Sequence record: SRR20825019_46
Reading direction: 5' to 3' (one strand)
Length of the DNA: 64,000 nucleotides
In this document: piece after piece, positions 50,736 through 60,616 of the stretch
Numbering within the stretch: the stretch's first letter is position 1
How the letters are laid out: each line of letters opens with the position of its first letter
The notes under the pieces: generated by a model
Told to the model about the DNA's origin: nothing
Databases searched by the model: none
Seen by the model: the letters and a program-made list of their open reading frames with translations, nothing else
Position numbers and translations under genes: made by a program

Positions 50736-51752
50736 ATGAATTCAGCGGATATCACGACAGTAAAGTCGATTCTTTCCCAACCTCAAAAGATAGCGATCAT
50801 ACCCCACAGAAATCCTGACGGAGATGCCATCGGGTCCTGCTTGGCACTATATGGATTTTTAAAGAAAAAGGGGCATACCGTACATGTGGTCGCTCCAAAT
50901 GACTATCCAAAATTCCTTAAATGGATGCCGGAGAACGATACCGTTATCAATTTTGAGAGGGAAAATCCAAAGGCAAAAGAAGTTATCAATGAAGCTTCTG
51001 TAATTTTTACCTTGGATTTTAACGACCTTTCCCGTGTTGGGCAAATGGAACAGGTCTTGAAAGAGGCGAGCGCCGATTTTATAATGATAGACCACCACCA
51101 ACAACCGAGCGATTATGCAATGGTGACCTATTCCGATGTGACCATGAGCTCTACCTGCGAGATGGTATACAACTTTATTGATTTTTTAGGTGAAACCGAC
51201 CAAATTGATGCCGATATGGCCACAAACCTGTACACGGGCATTATGACGGACACAGGTTCCTTTAAGTACCGTTCCACATCCAGCAAAACGCACCGCGTAG
51301 TGGCCGAACTTATTGACAAAGGAGCTGACAATATGGCGATTCACCAAGAGGTTTTTGACACCAATTCTCCCTCTCGTCTACATTTGCTAGGCGTGGCACT
51401 AAGCAACATGGTGATTCTGCCCGAATATAGAACCGCTTACATTACCCTAACCCAAGACGAGCTGGACCAGTACGACTTTAAAAAAGGTGATACAGAAGGT
51501 TTTGTAAATTACGGCCTAACTTTGGAAGGGATTATTTTCGCTCTTATTTTTATCGAAAACCGGGAAGAGGGCATTATTAAAATTTCCTTGCGTTCCATAG
51601 GGGATTTTTCTGTTAACGAATTTGCAAGAGCTCATTTTAATGGAGGCGGACATACCAATGCGGCAGGAGGAAGAAGCGAAACCAGTATGGACGAGACCAT
51701 TTCCAGATTCAACGATATTTTAAAAACGTATAAAGACAAATTGAATCCATGA
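50736..51752 (+). CDS. nrnA: DHH-family nanoRNase/pAp phosphatase (NrnA-like)
   Basis: HRNPDGDAIGS, TLDFN, IDHH, GIMTDTGSF, SLRS, GGGHTNAAG. Confidence 0.9.
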   Translation: MNSADITTVKSILSQPQKIAIIPHRNPDGDAIGSCLALYGFLKKKGHTVHVVAPNDYPKFLKWMPENDTVINFERENPKAKEVINEASVIFTLDFNDLSRVGQMEQVLKEASADFIMIDHHQQPSDYAMVTYSDVTMSSTCEMVYNFIDFLGETDQIDADMATNLYTGIMTDTGSFKYRSTSSKTHRVVAELIDKGADNMAIHQEVFDTNSPSRLHLLGVALSNMVILPEYRTAYITLTQDELDQYDFKKGDTEGFVNYGLTLEGIIFALIFIENREEGIIKISLRSIGDFSVNEFARAHFNGGGHTNAAGGRSETSMDETISRFNDILKTYKDKLNP

Positions 51753-52297
51753 GATTTTTTCTAGCCGTTCTGTTGGTTATATCTGTTGCAAGTTGTGGGG
51801 GTCCGGAACCGAGAAGACCTGTAGAGGTTAAATCCGGTAGTTTCTTCAAGGAATCCATTGAGCGCACCAAAAAATTATTGGCCGAGGAAGAAAAAGCAAT
51901 TCAGGAAATCATTTCCAAGGATACAGTCCACGAGTATATGTCGAACCCAAATGGGTTTTGGTATTATTACGAGACCAAGAACGACACTGCCACCTATCAA
52001 TTAAAGTCGGGCGACCAGATTTTGTTTTCTTATAATTTGATGAACTTGGAAGGTGACACCATTTATACAGTAGAAGAAATCGGGCCTAAATCTCATGTTA
52101 TCGACAAACAGCAGCTGTTTCCAGGTCTTCAAAACGCCGTGAAGCTGTTAAAAATAAATGAGAAGGCCACATTTTTGTTCCCTTCCCCCCTAGCTTTTGG
52201 CTATCAAGGCGACAATAAGGCCATTGGACCAAAAACACCACTTAAATCATCTGTAGAATTACATACAATCATTATAGACAACGACAGTTTAAACTAA
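51749..52297 (+). CDS. gldI: Gliding-motility FKBP-type PPIase lipoprotein GldI
   Basis: Lipobox VASC, PEPRRPV, GFWYYY, FPSPLAFGYQGD..IGP; nrnA-gldI-ppi gene order. Confidence 0.85.
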   Translation: MRFFLAVLLVISVASCGGPEPRRPVEVKSGSFFKESIERTKKLLAEEEKAIQEIISKDTVHEYMSNPNGFWYYYETKNDTATYQLKSGDQILFSYNLMNLEGDTIYTVEEIGPKSHVIDKQQLFPGLQNAVKLLKINEKATFLFPSPLAFGYQGDNKAIGPKTPLKSSVELHTIIIDNDSLN

Positions 52298-52308
52298 ATT
52301 CATTAACC

Positions 52309-53412
52309 ATGAAGAAATTATTTTACATTATACCATTATTCCTCCTCGTTATCATGGGGTGCAAATCGAGCAAATATGCCGATTTGGGCGATGGTATCTT
52401 TGCTGATATCCAAACCACTAAAGGTGATATCATCATTCAGCTTGAATACAAAAAAACACCTGTTACAGTGGCCAACTTTGTATCCTTGGCAGAAGGAAAA
52501 AATCCATTTGTAAACGATGAGTATAAGGATAAAAAATTCTATGATGGAATTGTTTTTCATAGGGTCATTAAAGATTTTATGATTCAAGGAGGAGACCCAA
52601 CCGGAAGTGGAAGCGGAAATATTGGATACACGTTCAAAGATGAATTCAATGATTCCTTGAGACACTCCAAAAAAGGTATCCTTTCCATGGCCAACAGGGG
52701 TCCTAAAACCAATAGCAGTCAATTTTTCATCACCCACAAGGCCACGCCTTGGTTGGACGACAAGCACACCGTTTTTGGTGAAGTAGTTGCGGGAATGGAC
52801 GTTGTGGACACAATTGCTAGCGTTGAAACCGGCGCTCAGGACAGACCAAAAACAGACGTTGTGATGAATCACGTAGAAATTGTGCGTAACGGCAAGGATG
52901 CCAAACAATTTGACGCTGTTAAAATAATGAGCGACTACTTTGAAGAAGCAAAACTAGAGGAAGCCGCATTCAAAAAAATGAAGGAAGATTTGGCCGCCCA
53001 ATTTGCTGAGCAAATCGACCAGGCCGAGGAAACTCCAAGTGGATTACGAATTTTAACCTTGAAGGAAGGTGATGGCGAGCAGCCTAAAGTAGGTCAAAAA
53101 GTATTGGTAAACTATGCAGGTTGGTTATTCAACGCAGATTTGTTCGACAGCAATATTCAAGAAATTGCTGAACAATTCAACCAACTGAACCCTGGTAGGA
53201 GAGATCAGGGCGGATATCGTCCATTTCCTATGGACTACAGCCCAGATGCCCAATTGGCTGCAGGCTTCCGTGAAGGATTGTTGACCATGAAAGTTGGGGA
53301 TAAAGTTCGTTTGTTCATCCCTCCACATTTAGGGTATGGCGACAACGATTACGGTCCTATCCCTGGTGGTTCGACCTTAGTTTTTGATATAGAAATAGTT
53401 GGAATCCAATAA
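52309..53412 (+). CDS. Cyclophilin-FKBP fusion peptidyl-prolyl isomerase (lipoprotein)
   Basis: FHRVIKDFMIQGGDP, SMANRGP, SQFFIT, HTVFG (cyclophilin), then V.VNYAG, FDSN, GF.EGL, IPPHLGYG, PIP..STL.FDIE (FKBP). Confidence 0.92.
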   Translation: MKKLFYIIPLFLLVIMGCKSSKYADLGDGIFADIQTTKGDIIIQLEYKKTPVTVANFVSLAEGKNPFVNDEYKDKKFYDGIVFHRVIKDFMIQGGDPTGSGSGNIGYTFKDEFNDSLRHSKKGILSMANRGPKTNSSQFFITHKATPWLDDKHTVFGEVVAGMDVVDTIASVETGAQDRPKTDVVMNHVEIVRNGKDAKQFDAVKIMSDYFEEAKLEEAAFKKMKEDLAAQFAEQIDQAEETPSGLRILTLKEGDGEQPKVGQKVLVNYAGWLFNADLFDSNIQEIAEQFNQLNPGRRDQGGYRPFPMDYSPDAQLAAGFREGLLTMKVGDKVRLFIPPHLGYGDNDYGPIPGGSTLVFDIEIVGIQ

Positions 53413-53434
53413 TAAAATTCCAAAAGCATAACTT

Positions 53435-53470
53435 AAAAAAAGCCGTACTTTTCCGTGCGGCTTTTTTATT
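53435..53470 (+). terminator. Intrinsic terminator after the PPIase gene
   Basis: AAAAAAAGCCGTAC / GTGCGGCTTTTTT stem with one G-U pair and a T-run. Confidence 0.8.
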
Positions 53471-53498
53471 TGCCGTAAAAACAAACTGCTCAATTTTG

Positions 53499-54572
53499 AT
53501 GAGACAAAAAACCAAGACAATTATTGCGATTGCACTCCCAGTTCAAATCATTTTGGTCAAATGGATAGGTAGTTATCCCAACATTGTTGAAGCGTATTAC
53601 AGTAATGGAATATATCCCTACATCTCAAGTTTTCTAAGAATACTTTTTGGCTGGATTCCATTTTCATTTGGGGACATACTCTATACCTTAATTGTACTGG
53701 TGGCCATCCGGTATATCTATAAAAACTGGAGAAGCATCAAGCAAAGACCTCTTTTTTTCCTAAAGGATATTGTCGTCTCACTTTCCGTAGTATTCTTTCT
53801 TTTTCATCTGCTTTGGGGCATGAACTACCACCGCCAACCCATCACTTGGAAGCTCAACCTTGAACATGAATATACGGTCGACGAACTGGTTGAATTGACA
53901 CGGTTCATTGTAAAACAAACGAATCAATATCAAATGGAACTTACCGGAGATACCATCTCTCCTGTCCATATCCCCTACTCAAAAAAGGAAATCTTTGCCA
54001 AAACCGAAGAAGCCTATGTCAACTTTGCAGAGCAATATCCCGATTTCGGATATCAACATCTCAGTCTAAAATCATCCATTTATAGCATACCCTTAACTTT
54101 TATGGGATATGGCGGCTACCTGAACCCTTTTACCAATGAGGCACAAGTGAATGGCGCTACCCCAAAATTTAGACTGCCCACCGTAAGCTGTCACGAAGTA
54201 GGCCATCAACTAGGGTACTCAGCTGAGGGAGCCACTAATTTTATTGGCTATTTGGTCACATCACAGAGCAATGACACCTACTTTAAATACTCTGCTTATA
54301 ACCACGCCCTAGGATACTGCCTTACCGACCTTTTTCATAAGGATGAAGAAAAGTATAATGAGATTGTGGGCACCATCAACATGGGGGTAAAAGAAAATTT
54401 TAATGAATTACGCGAGTTTTGGAAAAAATATGAGAATCCTATGGAACCCATATTCAAATCCGTGTTCAACACTTTTTTAAAGGCGAACAACCAAAAAGAT
54501 GGCATCAAAAGTTACAATGCGGTCGTAGGTCTTATTATCAACTACAGAAAACAACAAATCGGTATTCAATAA
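53499..54572 (+). CDS. DUF3810-like membrane-anchored HExxH metalloprotein
   Basis: YYSNGIYP, PFSFGD, WGMNY.R, GYLNPFTNEAQVN, CHEVGHQLGY. Confidence 0.78.
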   Translation: MRQKTKTIIAIALPVQIILVKWIGSYPNIVEAYYSNGIYPYISSFLRILFGWIPFSFGDILYTLIVLVAIRYIYKNWRSIKQRPLFFLKDIVVSLSVVFFLFHLLWGMNYHRQPITWKLNLEHEYTVDELVELTRFIVKQTNQYQMELTGDTISPVHIPYSKKEIFAKTEEAYVNFAEQYPDFGYQHLSLKSSIYSIPLTFMGYGGYLNPFTNEAQVNGATPKFRLPTVSCHEVGHQLGYSAEGATNFIGYLVTSQSNDTYFKYSAYNHALGYCLTDLFHKDEEKYNEIVGTINMGVKENFNELREFWKKYENPMEPIFKSVFNTFLKANNQKDGIKSYNAVVGLIINYRKQQIGIQ

Positions 54573-54631
54573 GACTTGTAGAGTCCTTGAAGTTGCGTTA
54601 TATTTAAACCGACTAATTCAATTCAAACCTT

Positions 54632-57577
54632 ATGAAACTTAAACTTTTAGCGCTGCTATTCTTTGTAGGCAGCGTTTCTTTGTTTGCACAGGATTACTTT
54701 CCAATCAATGACGGTGTAAAGGCAAAGAAAAACAACAATTACACGGCATTTACCAATGCCAAGATCTATGTAACCCCGACCCAAGTTATCAACAAGGGTA
54801 CTTTGCTGATCCAGAATGGTAAAGTAGTACAAGTTGGTAAATCCGTAAACATCCCAAAAAATGCAGTGGTCGAGGATATGAGCGGTAAGTCCATTTACCC
54901 CTCGTTTATCGATGTGCTTTCCGGTTTTGGGGTAAAACTTCCCAAAGAAGCCAGTGGCGGCGGAAGGTCTGCACAATATGGCCCATCCAGGGAAGGGTTT
55001 TATTGGAACGACCACATTATGCCGGAAAACGATGCCATCAGCAGTTTTGAGTATGATAAAAAACAGGCCGAGGAGTTGAGAAATGCCGGTTTTGGAACCA
55101 TCAATGCCCATATTGAAGATGGTATTGCCAGAGGAACAGGAGTTTTGGTCGCTCTGAACGACGAAGCTTCCGAAGCCCAACGTATCCTTTCCGATAAATC
55201 GGCACAATACTTTTCTTTTGAGAAAAGCCAAGCATCCAGACAATCATACCCAGGTTCATTGATGGGCGCAATGGCCCTAATGAGACAGGTATATTATGAT
55301 ATGGATTGGTACAGCAAGGGCAATGTGGACACCAAAGATCGTTCTTTGGAAGCACTTATTGCCAATAAAGGACTAACCCAGATTTATGTTGCCGGTGATA
55401 ATGGCAACGTATTGAGAGCCGATAAAATCGGTGACCTTTTTGGAATACAGTACACCATTTTAGGCGGTGGTGATGAATACGAGCGCATCGAGGAAATCAA
55501 AGCCACTAATGCCAAATTGATTCTACCCGTTGATTTCCCGGATGCGTTTGACGTATCTAACCCTTATCAAGCAAAATATATTGCTTTAAAAGATATGAGA
55601 CATTGGAACTTGGCACCCTCCAACCCAAAAGTATTGGCGGACAACGGAGTCGAGTTTTCCATCACCCTGCACGGACTCAAGTCTCCAAAAGATTTAAAAG
55701 ACAAAATAATGAAGGCTATTACTTATGGTCTTCCAGAAACCAAAGCACTAGAGGCCCTTACCACAATCCCTGCTTCAATATTGGGTAAATCCAATGAAAT
55801 AGGGTCCTTGCAACCTGGTAGCCAAGCCAATTTCCTGATTACCTCTGGCGATATTTTCGACAAAGGGACTACTCTTTATGAGAACTGGGTACAAGGAACC
55901 AAGAATATTGTGGAGAGCATGGACGTAATCGATATTAGAGGTGATTACGACCTTACAGTTAACGGAAGTACATATAAAGTTTCCTTGACTGGCGATGCCG
56001 ATAAACCAAAGGCTGAAATCAAAAAAGGAGAAGAGAAGGTTGATTCCAAAATCGACTATTCCGCCGACTGGCTAAATATATCCTTTAGTGATGACAATAT
56101 CGGTTCTTACCGATGGGTAGCACAGGTTATGCCTGGCAACAACAGCATAAAAGGCACCATAGTCCTTCCCAATGGAGATGAAACTACCGCTACAATGACC
56201 AAGACATCTCCTTTTGAAGAAAAAGCAGAAGAAGATGAAACCGCAGAAAAGCCACAGCTTATGGCCGTTACCTATCCAAATGTAGGATATGGTTTTAAAG
56301 AAAAACCCAAACAGGAAAGTATTTTGTTCAAAAACGCCACAGTCTGGACCGGGGAGAGCATTTTGGAAAATACAGATGTGCTGATCAAAAACGGGGAAAT
56401 TTCCAAAGTTGGAAAAGACCTAAGAGCTGGAGGAGCCACAGTTGTTGATGCTACAGGTAAGCACTTAACGGCTGGAATTATTGACGAGCACACCCACATT
56501 GCAGCATTGGCCATTAACGAAGGGGGACACAATTCATCTGCCGAAGTACGTATGGAAGACGTAATCGACCCCAAAGACGTTGCCATTTACCGCGATTTGG
56601 CGGGAGGTGTTACCACTGCCCAGTTGTTGCACGGTTCAGCCAACCCGATTGGTGGGCAATCCGCCATTATACGAATGAAATGGGGAGAAAGTGCCGAGGA
56701 TATGGTATTTGACAACTCACCCAAGTTCATCAAGTTTGCTTTGGGAGAAAATGTAAAGCAGTCCAACTGGGGCAGCTACTCACGTTTCCCACAGACAAGA
56801 ATGGGAGTTGAACAGGTGTATACCGACTACTTCCAACGCGCCAAGGAATATGATGAAAAGAAAAAGAGCGGAGAGCCTTATCGCCATGATGAGGAAATGG
56901 AGACCTTGGCCGAAATATTGAACGGAGAGCGTTTCATTTCTTGTCATTCCTATGTACAGAGCGAAATCAACATGATGATGAAAGTCGCAGAAAAGTTTGG
57001 TTTCCGAGTGAACACCTTCACACACATTTTGGAAGGTTACAAAGTAGCCGACAAAATGGCCGAGCATGGAGTTGGTGGAGGTACATTTAGTGACTGGTGG
57101 GCCTACAAATACGAAGTGAACGACGCCATTCCCTACAATGCTGCCATCATGACAAGCCAAGGTGTGACGGTTGCCATCAACAGCGATGATGCCGAAATGT
57201 CCAGAAGATTGAACCAAGAAGCGGGCAAGACCGTCAAATATGGAGGGATGTCAGAAATTGAAGCTTGGAAAATGGTCACGCTGAACCCAGCCAAACTACT
57301 TCACTTGGACGACCGCGTAGGAAGTATCGAGGAAGGCAAGGATGCCGATGTTGTGCTATGGAGCGATCATCCATTATCCGTTTATGCAAAAGCTGAGAAA
57401 ACTTTGATTGAAGGAAAAGTATATTTTGACTTGGAAAAGGACAAAAAACTAAGAGAATCCATCAAAAAGGAACGTAACCAGTTGATTGGAATGATGCTGA
57501 ACGAGAACAAAAAAGGAGGAAAGTCCAGAACTCCTGTGCAGAGCAAGAAAGAAGAATTTAATTGTGACACCCTTTAA
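54632..57577 (+). CDS. Secreted two-domain amidohydrolase family protein
   Basis: Signal peptide; two amidohydrolase repeats; the C-terminal one has GIIDEHTH, SCHSY, FTHILEG, INSDD, GSIEEGKDADVV. Confidence 0.88.
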   Translation: MKLKLLALLFFVGSVSLFAQDYFPINDGVKAKKNNNYTAFTNAKIYVTPTQVINKGTLLIQNGKVVQVGKSVNIPKNAVVEDMSGKSIYPSFIDVLSGFGVKLPKEASGGGRSAQYGPSREGFYWNDHIMPENDAISSFEYDKKQAEELRNAGFGTINAHIEDGIARGTGVLVALNDEASEAQRILSDKSAQYFSFEKSQASRQSYPGSLMGAMALMRQVYYDMDWYSKGNVDTKDRSLEALIANKGLTQIYVAGDNGNVLRADKIGDLFGIQYTILGGGDEYERIEEIKATNAKLILPVDFPDAFDVSNPYQAKYIALKDMRHWNLAPSNPKVLADNGVEFSITLHGLKSPKDLKDKIMKAITYGLPETKALEALTTIPASILGKSNEIGSLQPGSQANFLITSGDIFDKGTTLYENWVQGTKNIVESMDVIDIRGDYDLTVNGSTYKVSLTGDADKPKAEIKKGEEKVDSKIDYSADWLNISFSDDNIGSYRWVAQVMPGNNSIKGTIVLPNGDETTATMTKTSPFEEKAEEDETAEKPQLMAVTYPNVGYGFKEKPKQESILFKNATVWTGESILENTDVLIKNGEISKVGKDLRAGGATVVDATGKHLTAGIIDEHTHIAALAINEGGHNSSAEVRMEDVIDPKDVAIYRDLAGGVTTAQLLHGSANPIGGQSAIIRMKWGESAEDMVFDNSPKFIKFALGENVKQSNWGSYSRFPQTRMGVEQVYTDYFQRAKEYDEKKKSGEPYRHDEEMETLAEILNGERFISCHSYVQSEINMMMKVAEKFGFRVNTFTHILEGYKVADKMAEHGVGGGTFSDWWAYKYEVNDAIPYNAAIMTSQGVTVAINSDDAEMSRRLNQEAGKTVKYGGMSEIEAWKMVTLNPAKLLHLDDRVGSIEEGKDADVVLWSDHPLSVYAKAEKTLIEGKVYFDLEKDKKLRESIKKERNQLIGMMLNENKKGGKSRTPVQSKKEEFNCDTL

Positions 57578-57587
57578 AAAATAGACC

Positions 57588-58886
57588 ATGAAAAAAATAT
57601 TTTTAATCATAGCAATTGTTTTTGGGGTTTCATTGAACGCACAGCAGACCCCTGCCCCGCCTCAATCCGAACAAATTGCCATTATTGGTGCCACAGCCCA
57701 TATTGGCAATGGAGAGGTGATAGAGAACTGTACCATCATTTTTAAGGATGGAAAAATTACCGCTATCGGTTCAGGTTTGATGGCCCCGACCATTGGGACC
57801 ATGATCAATGCCGAAGGCAAACACGTGTATCCAGGTTTCATCGCACCATCCAAATCACTTGGTTTGGTAGAGGTCGATGCCGTTAGGGCCAGTGACGACC
57901 AAGACGAAATCGGAGAAATGATTCCACATGTACGCAGTTTAATCGCATACAATGCAGAATCCAAAGTTGTTGAAAGTATGCGCCCCAACGGCGTACTTAT
58001 CGGACAGGTAACCCCTGTTGGAGGCACCATTTCCGGAACTTCAAGTATTGTTCAGTTCGATGCTTGGAACTGGGAAGACGCAGCAGTCAAAACAGATGAT
58101 GGCATCCACATGAACTGGCCTAACTTTTTTAGAAGAGGCCGTTGGTGGGCTGGTGAAGAAAGAGGTTTCATTCCAAACAAAGAGTATGGCAAAGAAATGG
58201 CCGACATTGAAATGTTCTTCCAAAATTCCATTGCCTACGGAAAAGCCAGTGAGGATGAAAAGAACTTGCCATTTGCCGCTATGCAGGGCTTGTTCGATGG
58301 TTCCCAGCGTCTCTACATCCATGCAGATGGTGAAAAAGAAATGACCGATGCCGTGACAATGGCCAAGGAAATGGGTGTTAAAAACGTAGTGATTGTGGGT
58401 GGATATAGAGCCAATAAAATTGTAGACCTTCTGAAAGAACATAATATTCCTGTTTTGGTCGAGCGCACACATGCATTGCCAAGTTTTGAAGACGATGATT
58501 ACGATATCACCTATAAATTGCCAAAATTATTGGTAGATGCCGGCCTTTTGGTTGGGTTGCAAAATGAAGATGCCGCCAATTTCCAAGTGAGGAACCTTGC
58601 CTTTTATGCGGGACAAACCGTAGCCCAAGGATTGGATAAAGAGACCGCCCTTCAATTGATAACCGGAAATACGGCCAAAATTCTTGGAATTGATGATATG
58701 TACGGAACCTTGGAAGAAGGTAAAAGCGCAACACTGTTCATCTCCGAAGGTGACGCCTTGGACATGAGGACCAACAAACTTACCAAAGCCTACATCGATG
58801 GCAGGGACGTTTCATTGGAAACCCACCAGACCGAACTTTGGAAACGGTATATGGGCAAATACGAAAGAGAAAAGGAAGGACAATAG
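57588..58886 (+). CDS. Secreted amidohydrolase-fold protein, probably lacking the metal-binding HxH
   Basis: Signal peptide; GKHVYPGFIAP, ITGNTAKILG, GTLEEGKSATLF, GDALD. Confidence 0.85.
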   Translation: MKKIFLIIAIVFGVSLNAQQTPAPPQSEQIAIIGATAHIGNGEVIENCTIIFKDGKITAIGSGLMAPTIGTMINAEGKHVYPGFIAPSKSLGLVEVDAVRASDDQDEIGEMIPHVRSLIAYNAESKVVESMRPNGVLIGQVTPVGGTISGTSSIVQFDAWNWEDAAVKTDDGIHMNWPNFFRRGRWWAGEERGFIPNKEYGKEMADIEMFFQNSIAYGKASEDEKNLPFAAMQGLFDGSQRLYIHADGEKEMTDAVTMAKEMGVKNVVIVGGYRANKIVDLLKEHNIPVLVERTHALPSFEDDDYDITYKLPKLLVDAGLLVGLQNEDAANFQVRNLAFYAGQTVAQGLDKETALQLITGNTAKILGIDDMYGTLEEGKSATLFISEGDALDMRTNKLTKAYIDGRDVSLETHQTELWKRYMGKYEREKEGQ

Positions 58887-58898
58887 ATTTTTCCAAAT

Positions 58899-58929
58899 AA
58901 AAAAAGGCGCTCAATTGAGCGCCTTTTTT
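58899..58929. terminator. Bidirectional intrinsic terminator (perfect palindrome)
   Basis: AAAAAAGGCGCTCAATTGAGCGCCTTTTTT between convergent genes. Confidence 0.85.
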
Positions 58930-58940
58930 GTTTTTGTGAA

Positions 58941-59744
58941 TTAATTCATCTTAATGGGAACGTACTCTCCATTTTCTGGTTTTTCGTAAAACGCACTCGG
59001 TTTGGCATCCTCACTCAGCATAACTTCTTCAAAATTGACCGTGCTTGCCGGTTCCATAATCGTTCTGCCTTCATACTTATGCCATGTAATCGATTTTGGC
59101 AGCACCAGTCCATTCACTTCTTGCCAGTTATCGTAGTGAATCCATTTTACATTATCCGAACTTTCCCCAGAACGATAGGTCACGGTATAACCCAACCAAG
59201 CCATCTGGTGGCTCTCTGGATCATAATAAATAAAATATTCATCTTTGGATGAAGCGCCAACACCCGACTCATAGGCTATTTGAAGACCAGGATACTTTTT
59301 GCCATCATATTCTAAATCTTCGGTAGCAGAATATAGGATACCTTCGTCTGCCAACACAAAGGGCATGGCATAAAAGTAAAACATCAAATTATGATAAAAG
59401 CCTGCATCGCCTTCATAGTTCCCACTTTCATTCAAGAGCCAAGCTTGTTCTCCGTCAAAACCCATCGAAAATTGTTCCGTGTCAATTCTATCCTTTCGGG
59501 ACCATAAATCAATGGTATGGGTTTCGGACTGGTTTGGTTTTGGCAGCACAAAGGATATTGTTCGTTGCGACTTCCATTGTTTCAAACCTCCATGTGCATC
59601 AAAAACTTTCGTCAAGGCATCAGGGTAAACAGCTTCATCAACAAGCAGTTCCTGCTGAACTGGCGTTTCATTTTTTTCTGTTTTGAGATTTTGTTTACAG
59701 GCGGTTAGGCCAATAAAAAGTAATAGGATGGTTAATTTGTTCAT
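58941..59744 (-). CDS. Conserved lipoprotein of unknown function (DUF6503-like)
   Basis: Lipobox LTAC; DAHGG...W, FYFYAMPFVLAD.G, D.YFIYYDP motifs. Confidence 0.7.
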   Translation of the reverse strand: MNKLTILLLFIGLTACKQNLKTEKNETPVQQELLVDEAVYPDALTKVFDAHGGLKQWKSQRTISFVLPKPNQSETHTIDLWSRKDRIDTEQFSMGFDGEQAWLLNESGNYEGDAGFYHNLMFYFYAMPFVLADEGILYSATEDLEYDGKKYPGLQIAYESGVGASSKDEYFIYYDPESHQMAWLGYTVTYRSGESSDNVKWIHYDNWQEVNGLVLPKSITWHKYEGRTIMEPASTVNFEEVMLSEDAKPSAFYEKPENGEYVPIKMN

Positions 59745-59812
59745 GGATTAAATTTTACCAGTTGGTCGAAAAGCCCTTTTTATAATTACAGGAATGGCTA
59801 TTTTTACCCCCT

Positions 59813-60613
59813 ATGGAAGCTAAATTCATCAGCAGTGCCCAGAATCCCTTGGTAAAAAAGATTCTGCAACTCAAAGAAAAGTCCCGTGAACGAAGAAAAG
59901 CAGGAGTTTTTGTGGTAGAAGGCCAACGGGAGATTGAATTGGCGCAAAAGGGAGGCTATGTTTTGCAAACGCTTCTCTATTGTCCAGAACTGATGGGTTC
60001 CAGCTCCGTTGAAGCTTTTACCAAGACTTCCGACCAAGAAATTATCCAAGTTTCCGAAAGTGTTTACGGTAAAATTGCCCATCGGGGGACCACCGAAGGC
60101 ATCATGGGCTTGATGCGTTCCAAAGACCATACGCTGGCAAACATCGTTTTCAAAGATGAAACACCTTTGGTACTGGTGGCCGAAGCCACAGAAAAACCAG
60201 GAAACATCGGCGCGCTTTTGCGCACTGCGGATGCCGCAGCCGTGGATGCCGTTTTAATAGCAAACCCCAAATCAGACCTATATAGTCCGAATATTATCCG
60301 TTCCAGCGTGGGCTGCCTGTTTACCAATCAGATTGGCGTAGGAACAACGGACGAAATCATTGATTTTTTACAAACCAACCAAATCAAAATCTACTGTGCC
60401 GCCCTCACCGCTTCCAAAAATTATGTGGAGTGCGATTTTAAAGCCGCTTCTGCCCTTGTAATGGGTACGGAAGCTACTGGATTGACAGAAAAATGGCTTC
60501 AAAATTCCGACCAAAACATAATTATACCGATGCAAGGAGAAATAGACTCCATGAATGTTTCGGTATCCGCTGCAATACTTATATTTGAGGCGAAGCGCCA
60601 GCGCGGATTTTAA
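59813..60613 (+). CDS. TrmH/SpoU family RNA 2'-O-methyltransferase
   Basis: ISSAQNP, VEG.RE, EKPGNIGALLRTADA, MGTEATGL, IPMQGEIDSMNVSVSAAI..FEA.RQR. Confidence 0.93.
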   Translation: MEAKFISSAQNPLVKKILQLKEKSRERRKAGVFVVEGQREIELAQKGGYVLQTLLYCPELMGSSSVEAFTKTSDQEIIQVSESVYGKIAHRGTTEGIMGLMRSKDHTLANIVFKDETPLVLVAEATEKPGNIGALLRTADAAAVDAVLIANPKSDLYSPNIIRSSVGCLFTNQIGVGTTDEIIDFLQTNQIKIYCAALTASKNYVECDFKAASALVMGTEATGLTEKWLQNSDQNIIIPMQGEIDSMNVSVSAAILIFEAKRQRGF

Positions 60614-60616
60614 GCT

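Noticed and set aside
52309-53412. Cyclophilin-FKBP fusion as a novelty
   Set aside because: Known architecture in Flavobacteria next to gldI.
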